Shown piece by piece: positions 16,873 to 26,823 of a DNA stretch of 26,824 bases (its first letter is position 1; each line of letters starts with the position of its first letter). The position numbers were made by a program, and so were the translations under genes. The stretch covers positions 1 to 26,824 of the IMG/VR virus record IMGVR_UViG_3300030330_006100. One strand, 5' to 3'. This stretch comes from a virus. Taxonomy: Duplodnaviria; Caudoviricetes. The notes under the pieces were generated by a model. The model saw only the letters and a list, made by a program, of their open reading frames with translations, had not been told where the DNA came from and did no database searches.

Positions 16873-19514
16873 TATGTAAAGTCTCCTGTAATATTTTTAG
16901 TTGCAGATAAACTTCCAGACCCAGACAATGAGAGCGTAGCAATATAATCTTTTCCGCTTATCTTGCTTTCAGTTATTTTTGTTAAAGCATTCTTTTGTTC
17001 GTAAACTGTGTGCGAACCAGTAAAGTTACCATATAAATAAGTTACGGCGTCTATATCAGAACCAACATACCCGCTTGTTAAAGATGGATTTTTAGTTTTT
17101 GATGGGTAGGTTGTTGGTGAACCATCTAATAACTGTCCAGTGTTATGTAAATTTATACTTGCTGACAATCCAACAGAATTAGTTACTGAATTGTTGTCAA
17201 ATTCATTGTCGATCCCCAAGGCCATTCCAATTGATTGTGCGGCTATAAATGGAACACTGTAACCCCCCACGCTTACATGATCTAACAAGCCACCATCGTA
17301 GTAACTATCAGAAGTTTCGTCTCTCCAAATTTGAGTTGTAGATAAAAATATGTTGCTGCCAGAGCCGCCAGATACAGTAAAGTTATTACCGCTCTCTGGA
17401 TAATAAGCCGTATATATACTTGGCGTGGCAGATGCACCGATTCTTATATCACCAAGATTATTGGTTCCTACGGCGTAGCTGGCGTTAGTGGCTACTCCAG
17501 TAGTAGTTTCTAAGCCCAAATTAACAAAATTAACAGTAAGACCAGTAAAAGCGTACTCGATGTTTCTCTTCCAATATTCAAAACCAGTCGCAAACATTCC
17601 AGTCATGCCAGTGAAAGAAAGGTTCGGATAGCTAGAATCATAATCATCAATTTTCTTGATTGTGCCTAAACCTCCATGCCCCGAAGTTCCGCTATCAATA
17701 AAACTATATTTAATGTCGATACTGCCTGTAGAACCTTGTAGAATTGTTCCTGTGATTACTTCTTTGAGTTTATTAACAACATACAATCCGTTCATATCAG
17801 GACTAAATGAAATAGTCGGCGGATTAGAATATAAATTACTATATGTTGTTTCTTCTGTGTGTGATCCAGTTAAATAGTTTGTTACTGTTTTTACTTCAGA
17901 AGGGGTTATAATTTGTTGTTTTGTTTGCTCTAAGAACCTGACTCTTGCATTTATATTATTTTGTGTAGTATTTACAGAAGAGTTGTATTCTGTTCCAGAT
18001 GTTTGATTTCCACTAGGATGAGCCACTTCATTTGGATATCCAGTGTAAATAGATTGCCATACAGTTCCTGTATTGAAATTCAAAATTTGAGAGTTCGTAC
18101 CTGTGGCTAAAGTCCAAAGCCCAGAGAAATGAACGTTGGCCTGTTCTCCAGATTTAGTTAGAGGTACAACGGCCACGGTAGTCCCAGTGTCAGTGAAAAA
18201 GCTGGTTATATTTCCATTCGATCCCGAAGAGAACACTGAATTACTATAATTTAAATTATTGATCGCTCCAGAGTAACCAAAGTAATTACCAGTATAAGAT
18301 AATGTATTTGGCTGTATGTTGAATGCGGTTCCAGAAAATCCTGTTATTGTGTTTGCTGTTGAATATTTGTTTCCGCTAATTGAAATAGTTATATTAGTTG
18401 GGTCGATGTAATGACCACTATTTGTAATATTAGCTCCAACTATAGTTTTAAATACTACGCTGTCTGATGTTCCTCCAGAGTACAAAACGTCTCCGCTAAG
18501 GTAATCTGCCATTACCGCAGTGCCAGAAGCTTGCTCGTCTCCAGTATACGTTGAAGAAAATGTTATTGTTGGAGTTCCTGTAAATAATCCGTTGGCAATA
18601 GAGCCGAACTGCAATCCTGTAACTAAATTTCCGCTTACGAAATCACCCGTGGTTCCGCTGTTGTGCGTTAACTGGGCTGTGAGCGGTGAGCCTCCAGTAA
18701 CTGCTAATAAATTATTTGTTAAAGTATAATTTAAAGTATAATCTATAAAGCCGTCACCCGTACCCGTAGAAATTTGTATGGAGTTGTCAGCCGCCGCTCC
18801 ACCCATAACGCTATCTCCGTTGTTCGTGAGATTAAACTCTGACCCGCTTGTTGGGTCTGATAAAGATGCGGTTGATTGAAATCGTTTTGATACAGTACCA
18901 AAGTTAGTATACAAATCAACATTAAATTGATAATCTGTATTTAATATCGCGCCTCCTCCACCGTGCTGTATTTTGATAGGTAGCACTCCAGTTCTGGATG
19001 TGTTCAATCCAGTTATGGTAAATTCTAGCGGACTGTTTACAACGCCGGAGAAAACTTGAAAGTTATATCCAGTATCAATACCACTTAAATGACCAGTTAT
19101 GGCGTCAGAATAAGTAAAAGTAGTTGGAAATATTAAACTATGATTAAAATTATCTGTTTTAACGGTTACGCCAGCTTCAACTTCACATCCACTTAAATCA
19201 AAATAGAAGCCTTGGGTATTTCCAGTATATTTAGAGCCGCCGAATAGAATATCTTCGCCGTCAATAGAGTACTGATATCCAGAACCAGAAATGCCTCCAG
19301 CTAAAACAAATTCTTCGTCTTTACCGTAAGAAAAAACGTAAGAGTTGTCAGGATCAAAGACTTTGCCTTTGTCGAACACCCATTGCATTTTTGAACCATT
19401 GCCAGAAAATCCAAAACTGCCGGAACCAGTAACATTATTAATAGACATATCAACAGAGAAAGTTAATCTATCTCTATCTAATAATGATCTAAATTTTGTT
19501 CCTGTAAAATTCAT
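16872..19514 (-). CDS. Ser/Thr-Gly-rich putative tail protein containing a degenerate matrixin (M10)-like domain
   Basis: 880 aa with beta-rich S/T/G/N composition. The segment at about 17028-17723 follows the motif order of the M10 metallopeptidase fold. Confidence 0.65.
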   Translation of the reverse strand: MNFTGTKFRSLLDRDRLTFSVDMSINNVTGSGSFGFSGNGSKMQWVFDKGKVFDPDNSYVFSYGKDEEFVLAGGISGSGYQYSIDGEDILFGGSKYTGNTQGFYFDLSGCEVEAGVTVKTDNFNHSLIFPTTFTYSDAITGHLSGIDTGYNFQVFSGVVNSPLEFTITGLNTSRTGVLPIKIQHGGGGAILNTDYQFNVDLYTNFGTVSKRFQSTASLSDPTSGSEFNLTNNGDSVMGGAAADNSIQISTGTGDGFIDYTLNYTLTNNLLAVTGGSPLTAQLTHNSGTTGDFVSGNLVTGLQFGSIANGLFTGTPTITFSSTYTGDEQASGTAVMADYLSGDVLYSGGTSDSVVFKTIVGANITNSGHYIDPTNITISISGNKYSTANTITGFSGTAFNIQPNTLSYTGNYFGYSGAINNLNYSNSVFSSGSNGNITSFFTDTGTTVAVVPLTKSGEQANVHFSGLWTLATGTNSQILNFNTGTVWQSIYTGYPNEVAHPSGNQTSGTEYNSSVNTTQNNINARVRFLEQTKQQIITPSEVKTVTNYLTGSHTEETTYSNLYSNPPTISFSPDMNGLYVVNKLKEVITGTILQGSTGSIDIKYSFIDSGTSGHGGLGTIKKIDDYDSSYPNLSFTGMTGMFATGFEYWKRNIEYAFTGLTVNFVNLGLETTTGVATNASYAVGTNNLGDIRIGASATPSIYTAYYPESGNNFTVSGGSGSNIFLSTTQIWRDETSDSYYDGGLLDHVSVGGYSVPFIAAQSIGMALGIDNEFDNNSVTNSVGLSASINLHNTGQLLDGSPTTYPSKTKNPSLTSGYVGSDIDAVTYLYGNFTGSHTVYEQKNALTKITESKISGKDYIATLSLSGSGSLSATKNITGDFT

Positions 19515-22500
19515 TAAAATGCCCTTATGGCTCCGTTTACTTGTCTTATTAAAGCTTCTTGACTTATTGGTGTCGGAGGTCTACTAGAATAATTAAAGCT
19601 TATTCTCATGCCGTTTTCGTCATAACTTACATTGAAATTTTGTAAGCCCCAGCTTATATCTAAATATGGGAAAAGCGCGGTAAAGTTTTGTCCAACCATT
19701 TCAAAACTCAAGCTTTCATTTGGGGCTAAATTATCAACTTGGGTCATATTTGAAATAATATTATGATATTCCTGCAAAGTTATTGTATTGCTATTATGAA
19801 GCGGTGGTTCGTCTGGGTCTTTACCAATTTCTTGATTGTTTGGAAAAACTAACAATGGGTTAAAACTACCCGCGCCTTCATTTGATGGTCTTGTTTGACC
19901 GTCTTGCTTTTCCATATAGTCTAATTGACTTGGCACTTCATGAACATTTACCCTGTAACTCATAGCGTTTCCGCCGTGAGTTAATGCGCCGAGATGTTGT
20001 ATGATTCCGTCTTGTGTATACCTCAATTCTTCGTCCATGTGAAGATACGCACTAAATGGAGCCTCTGACGGAAGAATAAAATAGTGAGGTTTGCGTGTTA
20101 GTTTTACCTCTGTCTTTGTGCTGGAACCTCCTCTATACGTTATAGTATACTCAACCTTTTCTCTATGGATTACAGATATTTCAAACCAGCGCGTATAAAC
20201 GTTAGTCAATCCAACTAATTCTGGTTTGAATGTGTCTCCTTCTGGACACTCACAAATATCTTGAAATACATCTAAATCGCAAAGAAGTTTACATTCAGAT
20301 TCTTCTTCTTCGTTTTGTTTATTTGTATTGTCTAAATATTCGTATCTATTAAATTTATTCGCAGGAGAAGTTACAGGCGGTTGATAAAAATTATTACTAT
20401 TATATTTTGCACCGTTGAGACTGGTATTTATACCATAATATAAATTCATTCTTTCCAGAGTTGGGAAGAATAAGAGGCTGGGCCTTTTGGCTTCGTCTTC
20501 GATAGATTCCAATTTGTCGTATATGTCTGGAAATAAATCCTGAATAAGATTACCCAACTTAAAACTAGCTTTTCCTTCTACTGGTGAGAACGACGGTAAA
20601 AGGTCTTTTAATACTTCTTCGCCACCTTTGTTGAAAAGAACTGGCTCTAAATCAGAGTCTTTGAAGCCATACGACGGAGTTCTGCTAAACAAGAAAAATT
20701 CACTACCAGCGTATTCTCTAAGATTATAAGTTAGGCTAGAAGCTTGAGACGCTGTGACTTCTTGCTTTATTTGTTCTCCGGTTGCATCTACGTGTCTTAA
20801 AATTTCAAGAAACGGAAGCTCGTGAATGTTTTTGGCGTCATACTCTTCGACATTACCACCAGCCCTCAAGCTCCAATCTCTTTTGAAGTTATAAAATTGC
20901 TGTATTCCCTCAACTGGCCCGCAGTTATCAATATCTGGTCCGGGTTTCGCGACAAAATAATATTGACCAATAAAATTAGCAATTTCTTCTTCCCATCTTG
21001 TCCATTTATCTTCTAATTCTTGATTATAAGTTCCGATGGCCAAATGAGAATGTTTTCCGTACTTGTCTTGAACTCTCTGTCTTTGTATATTACTAAAACA
21101 AGTATTTAATAGATCATATTTTTGTCTATTAGATAAATTTTGTCTTATATTAAGGCCCAAGCATTTACCGAGAGTTTCTATGTTAGATAAATCAGTAAAA
21201 TTATTTGTTTTTGTGGCAATGAGCCTAAAGTTATAAAGAGTTCTAAGATTTTTATTAAATTTAGCTAATACGCTTGAAATAATTAATTCATCTTCTGTTC
21301 TGCCGCCGGAGATTTCTTCAAATTTATCAGCCGGAAATAAATGACTTAAAGTTAGAGGTGTTAAAAATACTCTTTTGTCTATAGCTTTAGTTTTTTCGAT
21401 TGTCTTTTTAGGCTTGCGGTAAGATGTGATGTGGTCTTGATTGTATGTTCCCTCAAGGGACGCGCTTGAATTCAAGCTAGTGATGGCAATATTGTTTCCG
21501 CCTAAATTACGTTCTCTGATTGATTGAACTTTTGTACGAACCACATCAATCGCATCAGGTCGTTGGGGGTATTTTAAATCAAAAAATTCAATTGAATCAT
21601 TTCCGTTTTTATCTCCAGAAAAATTCCATTTCCAAGTATAACCATAGAGATTGCACCACTGGTTTATAACATCACGCAATGATCCAGTAAAGTTTTTGCG
21701 TATGTTGAAATTAGACGCCGCATCAGGTCTTGCGCTTGCATTTGGAGTTTTAATACCAAGTAAATTATTTATAGTAGCACGCAAATGAGTCCAAGTGTAC
21801 GTAACTTCTGCCAAATCACAAGGAGCGTTTTTGAACTCTTCTTGACCAATAATAATTGCACCACCTGCGGGCAAATGAAAAACGTTAGTTACATTGGCTT
21901 CATCAGAGCCTTGTATGTAAGGAACCTTTGAAGGTTTTCCATTTGAATCAACCCTGCGCGTTCCGAGAGCTTGCCCGTAAGATTTTGGATGCGACGAAAC
22001 CCAAGGATTTTTTGCGTTTGTTCCCCATGCTGGAGCACCAGTTGTCCAACACTCATTTGAGCATTCTACAGGAAGAAACCAAAAGTTTTGCTTTTGTATT
22101 CGCCAAGAAACGCCATTCTTATAAAGACCTGCGTAGTTATCTGGACTAGCATCTTGATTCAATAAGAGGACTTGAATTTTATCAAGAATCAAAGACCCGT
22201 CTTTAAATTTTACAGTGAGAGTTCTGTTGGCTCCGCTCTGACTAACGTTGAACTCATAAAGGAAAAGCGTCTTTAAAAATATTTGATTTTGTCGATCAGC
22301 TACATCGCCTATGTATAAACTGTAAGGTAAAAGAGTGCTAAGAAAACTTTTGTCTATGTTGTATAATCCCGTTTCATTGATTATACTCATTTCAACAGTA
22401 GCGGGGTCTGAAGTTGTGCTGCTGCTTACATTAATATTATAAATATGACCACCGAAAGCTTCTCCCAATGGAAAGGGTCTTGCTCCTATAAGTCGGACTT

Positions 22501-22522
22501 GTTCTAGTCTACGGTAAGCCAT
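19514..22522 (-). CDS. Putative tail or baseplate hub-like protein
   Basis: 1002-aa ORF in the structural arm with TAATG coupling. FTGSLRDVINQWCNLYGYTWKW resembles a baseplate-hub helical motif. Confidence 0.5.
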   Translation of the reverse strand: MAYRRLEQVRLIGARPFPLGEAFGGHIYNINVSSSTTSDPATVEMSIINETGLYNIDKSFLSTLLPYSLYIGDVADRQNQIFLKTLFLYEFNVSQSGANRTLTVKFKDGSLILDKIQVLLLNQDASPDNYAGLYKNGVSWRIQKQNFWFLPVECSNECWTTGAPAWGTNAKNPWVSSHPKSYGQALGTRRVDSNGKPSKVPYIQGSDEANVTNVFHLPAGGAIIIGQEEFKNAPCDLAEVTYTWTHLRATINNLLGIKTPNASARPDAASNFNIRKNFTGSLRDVINQWCNLYGYTWKWNFSGDKNGNDSIEFFDLKYPQRPDAIDVVRTKVQSIRERNLGGNNIAITSLNSSASLEGTYNQDHITSYRKPKKTIEKTKAIDKRVFLTPLTLSHLFPADKFEEISGGRTEDELIISSVLAKFNKNLRTLYNFRLIATKTNNFTDLSNIETLGKCLGLNIRQNLSNRQKYDLLNTCFSNIQRQRVQDKYGKHSHLAIGTYNQELEDKWTRWEEEIANFIGQYYFVAKPGPDIDNCGPVEGIQQFYNFKRDWSLRAGGNVEEYDAKNIHELPFLEILRHVDATGEQIKQEVTASQASSLTYNLREYAGSEFFLFSRTPSYGFKDSDLEPVLFNKGGEEVLKDLLPSFSPVEGKASFKLGNLIQDLFPDIYDKLESIEDEAKRPSLLFFPTLERMNLYYGINTSLNGAKYNSNNFYQPPVTSPANKFNRYEYLDNTNKQNEEEESECKLLCDLDVFQDICECPEGDTFKPELVGLTNVYTRWFEISVIHREKVEYTITYRGGSSTKTEVKLTRKPHYFILPSEAPFSAYLHMDEELRYTQDGIIQHLGALTHGGNAMSYRVNVHEVPSQLDYMEKQDGQTRPSNEGAGSFNPLLVFPNNQEIGKDPDEPPLHNSNTITLQEYHNIISNMTQVDNLAPNESLSFEMVGQNFTALFPYLDISWGLQNFNVSYDENGMRISFNYSSRPPTPISQEALIRQVNGAIRAF

Positions 22523-24321
22523 TAAAATCCTTCTCCCTCTCCATTATATACATTAAAATCATCTATAAATCTAATTTTATTTTCGTTATTTAAAAGGCTG
22601 TTATCAGAAACTAATTTATAATTTTTATTTCTTAGTATTCTTTGTCCGTTAAGCCAAACTTGCTCAGATAAAAAGCCGCTAGAATCAGTAAATAGTTCGT
22701 CGTTGATTCCTGTAATTCTATTATTGAAGCTTTGTCTTGGTGCGGCCAGAAGTTCGCCCGTGGCTCCATGTAATGACCCTGTATTTACAACTATGCTTGT
22801 GCCGCTTTGATAATAGTCTTCTCCAGAACCAGAAAGCAGCTTCATGCCGTTAAGATAAATATCATACGATCCCCAGTTTTTGGAAACGATTGTTTCGCCA
22901 GTGTAATCATGAGCTTCAGAATTAAAAGCTCCAGTGTATTTATCAAACACCGAATCAAAAAGCTTACCAGAGAATGAAACTCCAGATTCTAGATAAACTT
23001 TTCTTGAACCGCTTCTGTAATAATCTCCAGAAAGAATAGAAGCTCCAGAGGCCGTACCACTTCTTTGGTAAACGCCGTTTACAAATAAGCTGAATTTTTC
23101 TCCGCTTGTATAGCCAGTTGTTAAATCTAAATATCCAGTGGCAGATAATACTGCGTTTGGATTGTAATTAGTATTAGAGTTTATAGAATAAAAATTGTAG
23201 ACTTCTAAACTTCCAGAGTTTGTTATCTCGTCGAAAATTGTAAGATTATTTCTTGAGTATTTACTTAGAAGAGAATTATCGGTCAAAATTTCAGGATCAG
23301 CCAAAGTTAGTCTTGTTCCCGTTAAAACAGTTGAACTTGAACTGTAGGTAACCGTTGTTCCGGTTAGCCCTCCTGAAACTCCAGAGCTTACATAGACATT
23401 AACACCTGAACCGCCGCATCTTGAAGATATGGTTCCAGACAAAACGTTTTGATAGCCCGTTATTCCGCTGCCTGTTACGCCAGTTGTAACTGTTGGATAC
23501 CCAGAGAATCCAGTATATAGAAATGTTTCTTCTGTTCTTCTTTGCTTTAGATAGCCGCTTGATATCATCAATTTGGCTAAATTTCTTTTATCGGTCTCGG
23601 CAAGCGCGTTGTCAAAAATCAAAAGATTATCCAAGTAACCGCTGAAGCCAGTATAGTCAGCCACGCCCGTTTGGTAATAATCGCCAAAATAAAGTTTATT
23701 TGATATTGTTAAATCTGTTGCGCCTGAAAACGCATCGGATATATCAAAAGTTCCTGTAGAGCTAGAGTCATAAAGAAAATCATGAAAAGTTAATTCTACG
23801 CTTTTAGAGTTTGTTGACTTGCTTATTGATATTATATTTTTATCGCCAAGCTCGGCATTTAGGGTTTTGATGTGCTTTGCGTTGCCAGAGTCTTTGTACT
23901 CAAAGTAAAGTTTTTGTGCGCCGTTTAGTCCAACGCTAAACCCAGAACTGTCTGCGCCAGAGGTGTAGCTTGTAAATAGAGTTCTTCCTAAGTTTCTGTT
24001 TGCGGAGAAGTCGTCAGATTTGTAATTAAGAATAACGGTCCAATTTTCTTTATCGAACTTGTGTCCGACTTGAACCGCGCTGTTACCGTCAAAGTACCCA
24101 GAGCCAGAAACGCTGTTGATAGTTTCGCCGCTACATAAAGATACCAAAGGATATGTATCAAATCTTACATTACCGCCCGAAATAGAACTTCCTGTGGCAT
24201 CGCTATATTTTTCATTAAACGTATAATCACCCGAATACTCGCCAAAAGAATAAAAGCCGACTAAACTCCCGGTATCGAGAGAATAGTCACTTAAATAATC
24301 AAATAAAATACTTCTATTCAT
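22522..24321 (-). CDS. Putative tail protein with N-terminal LamG/concanavalin A-like domain and C-terminal (L/V)NG repeats
   Basis: LVGFYSF..YFDGNSAV..WTV..LYFGD..FSGYLDNLLIFDNAL is a LamG signature. FVNGVYQ..DY, YLNGMKL..DY and WLNGQRI..NY repeats follow. Confidence 0.72.
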   Translation of the reverse strand: MNRSILFDYLSDYSLDTGSLVGFYSFGEYSGDYTFNEKYSDATGSSISGGNVRFDTYPLVSLCSGETINSVSGSGYFDGNSAVQVGHKFDKENWTVILNYKSDDFSANRNLGRTLFTSYTSGADSSGFSVGLNGAQKLYFEYKDSGNAKHIKTLNAELGDKNIISISKSTNSKSVELTFHDFLYDSSSTGTFDISDAFSGATDLTISNKLYFGDYYQTGVADYTGFSGYLDNLLIFDNALAETDKRNLAKLMISSGYLKQRRTEETFLYTGFSGYPTVTTGVTGSGITGYQNVLSGTISSRCGGSGVNVYVSSGVSGGLTGTTVTYSSSSTVLTGTRLTLADPEILTDNSLLSKYSRNNLTIFDEITNSGSLEVYNFYSINSNTNYNPNAVLSATGYLDLTTGYTSGEKFSLFVNGVYQRSGTASGASILSGDYYRSGSRKVYLESGVSFSGKLFDSVFDKYTGAFNSEAHDYTGETIVSKNWGSYDIYLNGMKLLSGSGEDYYQSGTSIVVNTGSLHGATGELLAAPRQSFNNRITGINDELFTDSSGFLSEQVWLNGQRILRNKNYKLVSDNSLLNNENKIRFIDDFNVYNGEGEGF

Positions 24322-26017
24322 GAGGTATTTGTACGTGTCTAAATTCTGTATTATAAGTTGGATTTGTTATATTTTGAGTATATGTTTGGCTGGCCGTAAA
24401 TGTTCTTCTTTGTTCAAAGTAGCTTACATTTTCTGACATCAATAAAGTATCATTATTATAATTTAAATACCTGAATCCAATATTATCTAATAAATTGTTT
24501 CCTAATTGTTCTGCAAAAAATTTCTCACTGGCTGTGGCGGTGTCATTAATTACTTTAATTCTATTTGTTTGGCCATTATCTATCCCTATATTATTATAGT
24601 TAATATTGACGTTAATGTTCACATTTTCTCGGTTTGGCGCATTTAAATCTACCACCGTATAATAACCGTTCTCAAGAATGTGCTGACTCGGCCTAAGTTG
24701 AGGAATACTTGGGGTGACATTTACAGAATACGAAGCCTCGGAGAATATATTCCCGTTAGTTGTATCATTTCTGAAATAATCTTTATTGGTAAACGAAGCG
24801 GATACAGATATTTCGGCGGTATTCGGATTTTTGTTCACTGAGAAATTATCCATTCCAACCCTCAAAGGGAATGTTGTTCCATAAATTTGAGTATAAATTT
24901 CATTTGTTTTTTCGTATAAATAATCACTGTTCTCTATTGTTCCTGTTAAAAATGCTTCAGCAAAAGCCAGCTTTTGTGCGCTGTTTGTTCTACCGATAAT
25001 ATTTCCGTCGATTGTGGCTGTCGTTATTCCAACAACCTCGTCGCTATCAAAACTAATAGTATAATCAAAATAAGCGTTGCCGCCCGTAAACAATGTATTG
25101 TTGTCAAAAACGGCGTTTACCGTCACCGAGTTTTCGTTGACGTTTTGATTAAATGAAAATGAAAGTGGATTATTTAAAAGATTCGAAACCTTGCCAAGTC
25201 CAGTGGCTTCGGCGTATAGATTTAATCCAGTTGCGTGAGTGATAACTTCTCCGGTCGTAAAATACTGCCCGCCTCTTACTGTTGCGTCAACACTGATTGT
25301 ATCGAAATCTTGTTCGATAGATGAAGTTCTGTCTACCGATATCGTGGTTACTGGAGTATAGCTACTTGCGCCGTCTGTAAAAATATAATTTTCACTTATT
25401 CCGTAAGTAGAATTTACTCTGTCTATATTTTCAGATGTGCTTGTTAAAATTGGGTAAACGGTGTTGCCGCTATTTACAAACTGAGGCGTGATTCCTGTTC
25501 TCCAACCAGTTAATCCAGCTACATAATTTTTTGCATTATCGAAAGGATTTTGCCCGTTGTGAGAAATACCTTCAGCAGAAACCTCGTGCGTCATCGTCGA
25601 GGTTCCATCTTCGTTCATTTGGAAGTTGAAAGTCTCTTGCGGATTTATTACGCCAACAGTTCCAGAAAAATTATCGTAGTTTGAAAGGCCGATAGAATAA
25701 TCAACCACGCGGGAAAAAGTATTTTCTTCAAAATTTATAGACTCAACCCGACAGCCCGAAAATACAATTACATCAGAAGATTCTTCTTCTACTTCTAAAG
25801 TTTTGAATCCAGTTGCAAAAGCTCGTGCGATTTCTTCTGATTTAGCAACAATTCCAGTGAAAGTTGTTCCAGTTATTTGCCCGTTTAAAGAAATTTGATT
25901 CTGTTGGGACACTCTTACTCCGCCCTCAGTAGAGATCGAGTCACTAGAAAACGTCAAAAACGGAGTCGGCTGACCCGCGAAAACATTAGAACCGTTGTAT
26001 TTAATTACAGTGCTCAT
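24314..26017 (-). CDS. Putative virion structural (tail) protein with internally repeated beta-alpha-beta modules
   Basis: 567 aa, overlapping both neighbours (ATGA and 8-nt overlaps). Three to four similar modules. Confidence 0.55.
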   Translation of the reverse strand: MSTVIKYNGSNVFAGQPTPFLTFSSDSISTEGGVRVSQQNQISLNGQITGTTFTGIVAKSEEIARAFATGFKTLEVEEESSDVIVFSGCRVESINFEENTFSRVVDYSIGLSNYDNFSGTVGVINPQETFNFQMNEDGTSTMTHEVSAEGISHNGQNPFDNAKNYVAGLTGWRTGITPQFVNSGNTVYPILTSTSENIDRVNSTYGISENYIFTDGASSYTPVTTISVDRTSSIEQDFDTISVDATVRGGQYFTTGEVITHATGLNLYAEATGLGKVSNLLNNPLSFSFNQNVNENSVTVNAVFDNNTLFTGGNAYFDYTISFDSDEVVGITTATIDGNIIGRTNSAQKLAFAEAFLTGTIENSDYLYEKTNEIYTQIYGTTFPLRVGMDNFSVNKNPNTAEISVSASFTNKDYFRNDTTNGNIFSEASYSVNVTPSIPQLRPSQHILENGYYTVVDLNAPNRENVNINVNINYNNIGIDNGQTNRIKVINDTATASEKFFAEQLGNNLLDNIGFRYLNYNNDTLLMSENVSYFEQRRTFTASQTYTQNITNPTYNTEFRHVQIPHE

Positions 26018-26823
26018 GAAGGTAGTTGGCTAGACGATTTCAAGAAAGTGTGATAATCACCAGCTAATTTGTCATCAAAGCTGGCGGCAGTAAATCCTAC
26101 CTCAAAGTTTAAAGTCATTGTTCCGTCAGAATTAAAAGTATAATTTACATTTTGAACAAACATTTCTCTTAATATTGTATTGTCTATTTCTGATGGAAGT
26201 CTAAGCATTTGTTCAATTGCTCTATCAAACATATAACTTAATTGAGTACCTACATTTGGAACATTTAATAAATAATTTCCATTTCTTATTTTTTGGGCGG
26301 ATACAGTTATTGATCTCGTTCCTAATTGAGTTTGTTGGGCGTAGGGTAATTCTTGTATTATCTCTTTAAATCCGGGTACTAGCTGGGTGGTTCTTTGTAA
26401 AGTCGGAGCAGTGTCTTGCACTTCAACCGTGCATTTATTTATGCCGTGAGTTGTTTGATCGGCATCCGACAAATATTCTCCGTTCACTACATACTGGCAC
26501 GAATAACCGACTTGTGAACCGTTTCTTGGATACTCAATTGAAAAGTTAGTTCTTTGTTGTATGTCTCCGTTTGTGGTTCCATCAAATATTATAACGGCGT
26601 GGTTGGAGAAGTTCGTAGAATATAGCCAGTTTGAATTGTGATCAATTCCAAAAGTACGTATTCTCGCGGGCGCGTTTGTGTTAACCATGTTTTTGATCGC
26701 CGTTATAGCGTCGAACCCAGTGGTTTTATTTCCGTATGGCCTGAAGCTTCCGTTTTCTGTAATTGTTATGCTTCCACCAAGCTTATCTTCGCTCAAGGCT
26801 TGTGTGAATTCATGAATTCCAGA
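26014..26823 (-). CDS. Putative virion structural protein, C-terminal part (5' end lies outside the window)
   Basis: Frame stays open past the TTG at 26796 to the window edge (..SGIHEFTQALSEDK..). Module pattern resembles the adjacent 567-aa protein. Confidence 0.6.
   Translation of the reverse strand, partial: SGIHEFTQALSEDKLGGSITITENGSFRPYGNKTTGFDAITAIKNMVNTNAPARIRTFGIDHNSNWLYSTNFSNHAVIIFDGTTNGDIQQRTNFSIEYPRNGSQVGYSCQYVVNGEYLSDADQTTHGINKCTVEVQDTAPTLQRTTQLVPGFKEIIQELPYAQQTQLGTRSITVSAQKIRNGNYLLNVPNVGTQLSYMFDRAIEQMLRLPSEIDNTILREMFVQNVNYTFNSDGTMTLNFEVGFTAASFDDKLAGDYHTFLKSSSQLPS

Noticed and set aside
13207-25156. Short alternative-frame or antisense ORFs in the structural arm (for example 13207-13593, 16134-16316, 17656-17877)
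   Set aside because: They are nested in long, tightly coupled genes. The QQARQVQVV repeat ORF is only another frame of the 27-bp repeat.
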